In this document: piece after piece, positions 18,721 to 26,284 of the stretch
Numbering within the stretch: position 1 is the stretch's first letter
How the letters are laid out: each line of letters starts with the position of its first letter
From: a virus
Lineage: Duplodnaviria > Caudoviricetes
DNA: 52,162 bases
IMG/VR virus record: IMGVR_UViG_3300043449_000682
Coordinates: 1 to 52,162 of that record
Direction: 5' to 3' (one strand)
Translations under genes and position numbers: made by a program
The notes under the pieces: generated by a model
The model's database searches: none
Seen by the model: only the letters and a program-made list of their open reading frames with translations
Told to the model about the DNA's origin: nothing

Positions 18721-19029
18721 TAGTTAGCCTCTTTCGTTGTAAATAGTGCGCCTTCATTAAGTAAGCCTAACTCTAAATTAAATAATTCATCGCTATTGGC
18801 TTGTGCTAAGTCTATCCAACCTGCACCATCGTTGTCCATTCTAAAAATCTCAATGTATCCCATTAGTGTTGTTCCTCGCAATCAGTAGAATAATCAAACT
18901 CACAATAGTAGCAACCCATTTGCTCGCCATGCTCTTTGCAGACATAGACAAACTGGCTTTCGTCACAACAAAATTTAATTTCATCTTTAACAAAATAAAA
19001 TTCGTTTTGATCAATGTATTCCTTTATCA

Positions 19030-19230
19030 TTATTCACCAACCTTTACTGCGAGATAGCGGTATGTATCTTTAATTGAATTGTAGGGGCGTACTTGAACGA
19101 AGTATGTATCGCAATCCTTGTACCATACATTATTATTTAATTCAGCGGAGATAATTTCTCCCTGAACAGAGTTAGAGCGATAGGACTTGCCCACTAAGAG
19201 GCTTTCGATAGTATAGACATTTGCTGACAT
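19030..19230 (-). CDS. hypothetical protein
   Basis: GAAAGGTG SD. Confidence 0.7.
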   Translation of the reverse strand: MSANVYTIESLLVGKSYRSNSVQGEIISAELNNNVWYKDCDTYFVQVRPYNSIKDTYRYLAVKVGE

Positions 19231-19262
19231 TAGTTGTCACCTTTCTTTTTCTTGATAATACT

Positions 19263-19284
19263 ATCCTAGCCTATGGGACTGACA
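19263..19284 (-). promoter_or_regulatory. PafBC/RecA-NDp-type promoter
   Basis: TGTCAG-N10-TAGGAT. Confidence 0.6.
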
Positions 19285-19333
19285 TTTCTCTACTTACTAG
19301 GCAGTAATTCCAAACTTTGAGACGCTCAGGCCA

Positions 19334-19349
19334 TGTGATAAGGGTCACA
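19334..19349. promoter_or_regulatory. CRP-type box
   Basis: TGTGA-TAAGGG-TCACA. Confidence 0.7.
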
Positions 19350-19466
19350 CCAAAATGTCCGTTTTGTCTGTCAAATCGACACGCCGTAAACTGTGAAAAT
19401 TTTTCTTTGATCTTAAACATAGTGTTTCCCACACCCTGTGGATAACTTTCAGGGCCGGAAAATTTT

Positions 19467-19494
19467 TGAGCAGTTTTGAATCTTGCTCAGGATC
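19467..19494 (-). ncRNA. repeated H-type pseudoknot motif, copy 7
   Basis: GATC-CTGAGCA-A-GATT-CAAAAC-TGCTCA. Confidence 0.75.
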
Positions 19495-19781
19495 ACAATT
19501 TACTTTTGCAAATCGTTTTTGATTTCTTGCCAATCTTCTTTTAGCATTGGCAACATCATGCGGAATAAAACAAAAACGCTACCAACTAAAAATAGTTGAA
19601 CGATTGTTGTGATTAGTCTATTCATTACAAGCCTCCATAAATTTTTCCATTTTGAAATTTGGGTTATCTTCTGCGAACCAAAACGCAAAGTCATCGATTA
19701 AAATATCTAATCGGCAAGTATCGCCTTTTGAGTGCTTTGAAATAATTTTAGCAACCTCTATGTAGTCTTTGCGAGTCATCA

Positions 19782-20039
19782 TTATGCAACCCCCACCAAT
19801 TCTAGGAACATTTCAGTGCCCCCCTCATTGATTACATAGACTTGCTTTTCAATTGAAGCCCAAGACATATCTTCGATGTCTGGCATTAGTTCATCAATTG
19901 CGTCAGTGTTCATTTTGATAAACTGTTCTTTGATTGCAACAATTTGCGGTAGGTAGCGAGAAGTCTCGGCCACCTTTGAAATAAACTGATAGCCCTTATG
20001 TTCAAAAGGGAAGATAGCGAATGCAACTTTGTTAGTCAT
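19782..20039 (-). CDS. hypothetical protein
   Basis: Start re-assigned to MTNKV (coupled to upstream stop). Confidence 0.7.
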   Translation of the reverse strand: MTNKVAFAIFPFEHKGYQFISKVAETSRYLPQIVAIKEQFIKMNTDAIDELMPDIEDMSWASIEKQVYVINEGGTEMFLELVGVA

Positions 20040-20224
20040 TAGAGAGTAGCCTTTCCACGAAGTGTTCCAGAGATTGAGAGAGCGTCGCAAGACACTTTGA
20101 GAGCAACGCCTACTGGCAACTGCTGAGGATACTGCGAGATGAATTGAGCAACTGCACCCTTTGAAGGAAGTGCGATTGATTTTGTTGAGCCATTGAATGA
20201 CTCTAGTTTGATAATGTAGTTCAT
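20039..20224 (-). CDS. small hypothetical protein (paralog of 22275..22463)
   Basis: GAAAGGTGG SD. Confidence 0.75.
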   Translation of the reverse strand: MNYIIKLESFNGSTKSIALPSKGAVAQFISQYPQQLPVGVALKVSCDALSISGTLRGKATL

Positions 20225-20259
20225 GTTGAACCACCTTTCTTTGTTTGTTTGTATAATTA

Positions 20260-20281
20260 AGTATAGCAGGGGGGTCTGACA
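20260..20281 (-). promoter_or_regulatory. PafBC/RecA-NDp-type promoter
   Basis: TGTCAG-ACCCCCCTGC-TATACT. Confidence 0.65.
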
Positions 20282-20309
20282 AATTGGGCACTTATTCGCT
20301 TAGGCTCAC

Positions 20310-20494
20310 TGTGATACTAGTCACATTTATTTGCTAAGGCTCATTGCTTTATTTAGACATTATTTAATTGTATAAGAGAATCTTATCACAAAAATGTCAA
20401 AAAGTCAAGTCTAAACACGGCGTGTCGTATGTGATTAATCTCACATTGGTTATACACAGCCTGTGGATAACTTTTTGGAGGCCGGAAAAATTTT
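20310..20494. promoter_or_regulatory. composite cassette: CRP boxes (20310, 20430), GGCGTGTC (20419), paired DnaA boxes (20450, 20462), GCCGGAAAAATTTT (20481)
   Basis: Motifs read directly from the sequence. Confidence 0.7.
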
Positions 20495-21194
20495 GCAGAG
20501 TTTTATTTCTGCAAAACTATTTTCTTTATTTAAAATCTTTAAAAATTTCTTCTAAAGTTTTTATTTGCTCATCATTTAGATGATCGATGTTGATTGCATT
20601 TGCAAATCCAAATAAATCTTTTTCCATTTTAGTTTTCCTCAATTTCTATTTCTAAACAATTTGTTTCTAGATTTTTTAGCGGGGTATTGTAGATAAGGTA
20701 AGTTGCCTCATCTTGGTCAACGGCATCAACCTCAACGGCGATTGTATAAATAAACTTAGGCATTAGCCACCTCCTCAATGTGGAAAGCGTCGAACTTAGC
20801 AATTTCATCTTCGCTAAGCGGGTAGAGTGATTTATTTAGAGCAAATACCGCTCTCATCTCATCTTCTGCCTCTACGACATAAGAAATTAGCACATTGTAT
20901 TTAGTCATTATTTGACCTCCTTATAGAGATAGTCCCATGCCTTACGGCACATCAAGATAGATTGGCAATTATCACAACAGATAACACCATGTGGGTTAAG
21001 GTCTACATCATAGACATCAACAGGGGCGGAAGATTTGCCACATACAGAGGCAAGGTTAATAAATGTGCTCATTTATTTAAGTCCTTTCGTTCTTTTGATA
21101 ATTCTTTTATCATTGCATACAGCGCAGATAAGGTGGAAAGTATTTTTAAACCATCGCTCTTTCCATAGTAGCGAATTACATTTAGGACAGGCGC

Positions 21195-21377
21195 TCATTG
21201 AGACACCTTCCAATTTGTCCACATAGGTAGACGCTCTGGGTCGGTATCGTTATACCAACGCTCAATGTTTTGTTCACACACTTCGCAGAATGTGAATTGG
21301 TCATCTCCTACCATAGAGATAGCAGATTTATTAGGGGTGTGTGATTTACACACTTCGATTTTTGTTAGTGTTATCAT
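21195..21377 (-). CDS. small Cys-containing protein
   Basis: GAAAGG SD; FCEVC. Confidence 0.65.
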   Translation of the reverse strand: MITLTKIEVCKSHTPNKSAISMVGDDQFTFCEVCEQNIERWYNDTDPERLPMWTNWKVSQ

Positions 21378-21431
21378 TTTGATAACCTTTCTTTAAGGGG
21401 CTTACTTCTTTTTCAACCTTGTATACATACA

Positions 21432-21665
21432 AGTATAGCAGGGGGGTCTGACATTTTGAGGGGTACAAAACGGACATTTAGGAAATAAGGTATTGTGAAT
21501 CACATCACATTTTTAGGGGAATGATAACAATAGCGTAACAATGCCAAGATCATCGGCGTGTTGACTTGACAAAAAGAGGCCGGAAAAAATGTGGGCTAAA
21601 TCACATTAAAAATGTCCGATTTGTCCGTGTCTAAACTTGACTTTTTGACATTTCTATGCTATACT
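21432..21665. promoter_or_regulatory. divergent promoter region (strand switch)
   Basis: Minus-strand TGTCAG-N10-TATACT 21432-21453; CRP boxes 21494 and 21590; plus-strand TTGACT..TGCTATACT about 21638-21665. Confidence 0.7.
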
Positions 21666-21724
21666 TACAGTATTAAGAAAAATTAAATAAGAACAAATAA
21701 CTACTAAAGAAAGGTGTTCATTAA

Positions 21725-21940
21725 ATGAATACACTAGATAAAAATACAATCAAACACTCTAAGTTCGGTCACCTTGACCTAGAACAGCGTATCCACCTCG
21801 CTGCAACTATGGTTGCTAATGGTGAGGTAGTATCTTTTAGAGGTGCTAGTGCTGAAACCTATCGCAAGGTAGAGGCTCTCGCTAACAAGATTAAGTTAGA
21901 GCGTGAGTTCCCACAGTGCCCATGTGGAGAGTGCGACTAA
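21725..21940 (+). CDS. hypothetical protein
   Basis: GAAAGGTG SD; C-terminal CPCGEC. Confidence 0.75.
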   Translation: MNTLDKNTIKHSKFGHLDLEQRIHLAATMVANGEVVSFRGASAETYRKVEALANKIKLEREFPQCPCGECD

Positions 21941-22274
21941 TGCACATCTACCTATGCGACTCATGCAATACACTCGCTACCGTTATCCAAGAGGGTAACA
22001 CAATAACATTAACCCCCTGCCTATGTACTAAGGAGAATAAATAACATGGAATGCATTATTAGAAATTGCGAAAGCACACAGTTAGTTTATAGCGGAACAG
22101 ATGCGTTCATGCTAGGCATACCAACAGAAAAGGTTTGCTATGACCATGCCAACATCTATGCACAGGTAAGTAACCTAGTAGATGCTCAGTGAATTAGATA
22201 GGCGCAGAGCGCACCTCGCAAGCGGGGGAACAATAAGCAATTATGACCGAAGCCATTACAAGAAAGAAGAAAAA

Positions 22275-22463
22275 ATGATTAAAGCAACATTAACAACAAC
22301 ACAAGGCTCTACACGAGGAATGAATTTCGATACTAAGGAGCATCTCCTAGAGTTCATCGAATTGTTTGGTGCCACACTACCCATCGGCACAGCCGTTAAC
22401 ATTGACGCCCCACTAGTAGGGATACACAGTGGCTGGATACAGGGTAGCGCACCCAAAATGTAG
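22275..22463 (+). CDS. small hypothetical protein (paralog of 20039..20224)
   Basis: Start re-assigned to MIKAT; aligns with the paralog (GST..FI..LP.G.A..I.SG..G). Confidence 0.7.
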   Translation: MIKATLTTTQGSTRGMNFDTKEHLLEFIELFGATLPIGTAVNIDAPLVGIHSGWIQGSAPKM

Positions 22464-22484
22464 TGCGTAGTGTATGCAAGATCG

Positions 22485-22518
22485 ATAGTGTGTCTATTAT
22501 GGGCGCACTATTTTTTTT
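22485..22518 (+). terminator. intrinsic terminator
   Basis: ATAGTGTGTC/GGCGCACTAT stem followed by a T run. Confidence 0.7.
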
Positions 22519-22610
22519 GCATTGTTTTCTACATATCATGTATCATACATCTGAACAAAATATTCAGATTTTAGCCTATTTGGTTTTTGCCTCTGGTGTA
22601 TAATAAAGTT

Positions 22611-23780
22611 ATGACACATAAAGAAGGTTTTGACTGGCCCTATTTCTTTAGACTATTAAAGAAAAGAATAGAGGGCAATCACATACCAAACCCAGACAAG
22701 AATAACTCATACTTTGTGGTCACTAGCAAAGCGGTAGAAGATGTTGCGCTAAACGAATATAACAGTTTTATAAAAGATGCTGGTTTTAAAAGATTGGGCT
22801 ATGCGGTTGGATCTGGTTTGTTCACTGCAGAAGAGCCAGGGCATATGAGAAATAAAAAAGAAGTGTCTCCAGCATTCGACAATGATCATATTAAAAAATA
22901 TGAGGGTCAAGCATCACCAATTGTAGACAAGATCATATCTGGCTGGTCTGGAGAGATCAATGTTCGAGAAGAAATGAAGTTTATTGTTTTTAAGAGCGTT
23001 ATGGAAATATTTTTTTCAGAAAACGCAGATGATGATTTTGAGAAAATAAAAAACAATATCGCAGTAGTCATGGATGAAGTTGCTTTTAACTTTAAGTACG
23101 ATGGTTCGGGGGAAGCAACAGAAAAAGTCCACGAAGTATGTAGAAACATAGTAGATAAAAGACTGGCATCTAAAGAAGTAAAAAATGATTTTCTGGATAT
23201 GATAATTAACTCATATAAAAATGGAAAAATAGATTTTGAAGACCTTTACGCAGAGACACTTTCTTTATTTGTGGGCAGTTATGAATCAACAGCACATACT
23301 CTAGAATGGGCAATGTACTATTTGGCGACAAACAAGGTTTGGCAAGAAAAGTTATCTGAAAGAGAAAATTTGGAGGCATTCATAAAAGAGGTTTTGAGAA
23401 TGTGTCCTGCTATCTGGAATAGCCAGAGAATTGCGACGGAAGACGTAGTTGTAGATGGAACCCTCCTTCCTGCTGGAACCAAAGTAACCATAAGTTCATA
23501 TGCAATGCACAGAGATGAAAAGGTTTTTGAAGATCCAGACTCATTCAAACCAGAGAGATGGCTAGAAAACCCTAAATTGGCAAAGGGAGAGTATTTCCCA
23601 TTTATGTTTGGCAAAAGGCAGTGTGTCGGTAAAGAATATGCCTTAATGCAGTTACGCCTAGTAATAGGGAAAGTTGCTGAAATGTTTGATCTCGAACTGC
23701 TAAACGATAAAGTCCATCACATTGGCTCATTGGCGCTTAGAACAGACACCCCAATAAGAATTAACGTAACAAAAAAATAA
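22611..23780 (+). CDS. cytochrome P450
   Basis: I-helix GSYESTA, ExxR (EVLR), PERW, heme motif FMFGKRQCVG. Confidence 0.95.
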   Translation: MTHKEGFDWPYFFRLLKKRIEGNHIPNPDKNNSYFVVTSKAVEDVALNEYNSFIKDAGFKRLGYAVGSGLFTAEEPGHMRNKKEVSPAFDNDHIKKYEGQASPIVDKIISGWSGEINVREEMKFIVFKSVMEIFFSENADDDFEKIKNNIAVVMDEVAFNFKYDGSGEATEKVHEVCRNIVDKRLASKEVKNDFLDMIINSYKNGKIDFEDLYAETLSLFVGSYESTAHTLEWAMYYLATNKVWQEKLSERENLEAFIKEVLRMCPAIWNSQRIATEDVVVDGTLLPAGTKVTISSYAMHRDEKVFEDPDSFKPERWLENPKLAKGEYFPFMFGKRQCVGKEYALMQLRLVIGKVAEMFDLELLNDKVHHIGSLALRTDTPIRINVTKK

Positions 23781-23808
23781 TTTTTCAGATTCTGATATAA
23801 TGGACATT

Positions 23809-23997
23809 ATGGGCATATTAGACAATTTCGAAAACGCTTTAAATGACGACTTTGAGTTTGAATCAAAACCTATCGTAGAAACCGACGCTATGGGCAGAGA
23901 AGTCTTTTGGCAGGACATGGGCAGACCAGAAGAGCCAAATCTCGCTGTAAAATTATTTTCAGAAACCTGCTGTACTAACTGCAGTTGCGGAAACTAG
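23809..23997 (+). CDS. small acidic protein with Cys-rich tail
   Basis: TGATATAAT upstream; CCTNCSC. Confidence 0.6.
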   Translation: MGILDNFENALNDDFEFESKPIVETDAMGREVFWQDMGRPEEPNLAVKLFSETCCTNCSCGN

Positions 23998-23998
23998 T

Positions 23999-24184
23999 TT
24001 ACTTAAAAACGTCTTTAACTTCTAGATCGTCATAGATCAAATTAAACATATAATGTAGCGCTGGATATTGCGAATCGATATTTTGCAGAATATCTGGCTG
24101 ATTCATTCCAGTTTGTCTCATTAGATTTGTATTATATACATTTACCGTATTAATCATTGTTTCAATAACTTCTTCTTTTGTCAT
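23999..24184 (-). CDS. hypothetical protein
   Basis: ATGA overlap with upstream gene. Confidence 0.6.
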   Translation of the reverse strand: MTKEEVIETMINTVNVYNTNLMRQTGMNQPDILQNIDSQYPALHYMFNLIYDDLEVKDVFK

Positions 24185-24951
24185 ACCCATTCCTTTTCTT
24201 GGTCATATGTAACTGAATACTCTCCAGTGAATATCTCAGCATATGAAATGATATCTCTATTATACCTTATAACGGTTTCTATGCCTACTTTGTCACATAC
24301 ATACTTCGTACCCTGGACTAGTGGCTCAAAACTCATCTCCTGGGCTTCTAGGGCCTTATTAAGGGTATTCAGGTATCTTTCCTTGCCGTATCTTTTAGAA
24401 ACAAATGCTTGATCAACATAATCAAATCTTGCTTGTGCATCATTTCTTTTTGCAATGTCCGAATTGTCTATTATGTACTTTGTTGCAAGATGTTCCATCC
24501 GTGTAGACCAGTTTCGCATGTTGTCGCTGTATTTCTCCATGTTCTTGAGAGTTGAATCAGCGAAAGCCATGCGTATAAGGTCTTGCTCGGAGAGATCAGC
24601 CTCTGTTGCGAACGAAACCAAAAAAGCGGTTGCGAAAGGAAACTTGTCGCTATATGTCGAAACGCCGAAGTGCACATTCGGATTGAACGACTCAACTGAC
24701 ATATTATCTTTTAAGAGTCGCATATGGTTGCCAAGAGATACATACTCTTGTCGATTCATATCGCAGTCGACGAACAAGCATTCTTCTGGATTGATACCGT
24801 CGGCGAGACATAAAATATTTTTATCATATGAACCCACTATTTTCGAACCGTTAAAACGCTCTAATAATTTTGCGGTCATAAAACCATCCATGTCAGGGGA
24901 TATAATTAAATTCTTAGAATACTTCAATGTGTCTAGTATGTCTGTTTTCAT
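24181..24951 (-). CDS. DHH-like phosphoesterase-fold protein
   Basis: IISPDMDG, FVDCD, LGNH motifs. Confidence 0.55.
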   Translation of the reverse strand: MKTDILDTLKYSKNLIISPDMDGFMTAKLLERFNGSKIVGSYDKNILCLADGINPEECLFVDCDMNRQEYVSLGNHMRLLKDNMSVESFNPNVHFGVSTYSDKFPFATAFLVSFATEADLSEQDLIRMAFADSTLKNMEKYSDNMRNWSTRMEHLATKYIIDNSDIAKRNDAQARFDYVDQAFVSKRYGKERYLNTLNKALEAQEMSFEPLVQGTKYVCDKVGIETVIRYNRDIISYAEIFTGEYSVTYDQEKEWV

Positions 24952-24981
24952 TTTTGCAAAATACCCCTTATAATAACTTTT

Positions 24982-25266
24982 ATGGCGCTTAACGAATGGC
25001 TTGGTCTAATCCTCACAACTTTATCAATTGTAGCACTTTCCGCAGGGGCTGTCAAGAAGTATATTGATGCTAAGTTTCAGCCAATAGCACATGTTGTCGA
25101 AGAAATTCGGGCAGAGACTAAAACAAATGGTGGATCTTCAATGCGTGATGAAATTAAGTATATAAAGAAAGAACAAGAAGAAGCAAAACAAATTCGCCAA
25201 GAATCAAATGAAAAATTAAACCATATGTATGATATTCTATTAGAGTATATCGCTAAATCTAAGTAA
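24982..25266 (+). CDS. membrane protein (holin-like, actinophage NGGSSMRD type)
   Basis: N-terminal TM helix, KTNGGSSMRD, coiled coil. Confidence 0.6.
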   Translation: MALNEWLGLILTTLSIVALSAGAVKKYIDAKFQPIAHVVEEIRAETKTNGGSSMRDEIKYIKKEQEEAKQIRQESNEKLNHMYDILLEYIAKSK

Positions 25267-25457
25267 CTATATATACTATATATAAGATAGTTTTAAAAAC
25301 TATAATGATACTCTTTTCTCTTATATATATTTAAGTATACACCATCCAAATACTGGCATTCTATTCCAAAAGTAACAAAACGGACATTGGCTATTATAAC
25401 AATTTGATAACTTTTAATATAATGTCCATTTTATCCCTATATGGTATAATTTATTAT

Positions 25458-25512
25458 TGGCTAATACCTTGGTTTGTCCTATACCCACCAACCTTGGTAT
25501 TAGTCATTTTTT
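25458..25512 (+). ncRNA. putative small hairpin RNA or terminator with its own promoter
   Basis: TGGTATAAT at 25442, stem TGGCTAATACC/GGTATTAGTCA, T-tract. Confidence 0.4.
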
Positions 25513-25529
25513 ATGGTATAATCAAGATT

Positions 25530-25910
25530 ATGACTATGTGTGGACCAGAAATATTTGGAGCAGATCCTGCTCACATTAAATGGAATGTTGTAAGAGGTGA
25601 TACCTCTCCACTCAGAATTGAATTTTTAGAAGATGATGAGATAACTCATTTTGACACTTCTGGCTGGACATACAAAGCAACTACATATGACTCAAAAACA
25701 GATTTCCTAGATGAACTAGAGGTAACCCCTGGAGAGGGATATGTCGACATTCTGGCACCATCATCAATTACAGAACTTTGGGGTACAGGATATAAGAGTA
25801 TGGTTGCTGAACTAGTTTTTGATCTACAGGTAACTATCGATGATGAAACAACATGGACACCAGTTATTGGAACAGTAGCAGTAATTGGCAATGTAACTGG
25901 GAGTCTCTAA
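25530..25910 (+). CDS. putative virion structural protein (BppU-N-like)
   Basis: W.VVRGDT..FDLQV motifs shared with 27869 and 34045. Confidence 0.65.
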   Translation: MTMCGPEIFGADPAHIKWNVVRGDTSPLRIEFLEDDEITHFDTSGWTYKATTYDSKTDFLDELEVTPGEGYVDILAPSSITELWGTGYKSMVAELVFDLQVTIDDETTWTPVIGTVAVIGNVTGSL

Positions 25911-26009
25911 TGGCAGTAGTTAAAATATCAAACCCAAGACCTGAGTTGCCTGCAATTATTAAAATTAAAAGCAAAACCTTTAAAGTAAATAAATGATATA
26001 ATCATTTTT

Positions 26010-26282
26010 ATGACAACTCACTCAAACCCACAACTTAGCAACACAGAGGCCACACGCCTTACTCCAAATGGCATGCACTCTGGTATGGATATTACAGTTC
26101 AAAACCTAAGCGACACTTCTTATGTGTACCTTGGTGGAGAAGGAGTTAATCAAGAAGATTTTGGATACCGTCTAGCACCAGGTGCAGCATGGTCTGTTGA
26201 ACTACCTGGCCTAGATGCACTTTATGCAATTGCTGACACAAATGGGATATATGTTGCAGTTCTTAAGACAGGACTTGAATAA
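26010..26282 (+). CDS. putative virion protein
   Basis: VQNL...VYLGG..V....GYRL motif. Confidence 0.65.
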   Translation: MTTHSNPQLSNTEATRLTPNGMHSGMDITVQNLSDTSYVYLGGEGVNQEDFGYRLAPGAAWSVELPGLDALYAIADTNGIYVAVLKTGLE

Positions 26283-26284
26283 TA

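Noticed and set aside
13591-19494. CTGA...GAAA-like motif read as hammerhead or pistol ribozyme
   Set aside because: Lacks the CUGANGA core with three stems and the extra pistol stems; pairing instead fits a compact H-type pseudoknot
21523-21542. ATAAC-N6-GTAAC, GlnR/MtrA-like direct repeat
   Set aside because: Single instance and too short to support
25265-25340. TA-rich tract as an origin unwinding element
   Set aside because: No adjacent iterons or DnaA boxes; low complexity alone is insufficient
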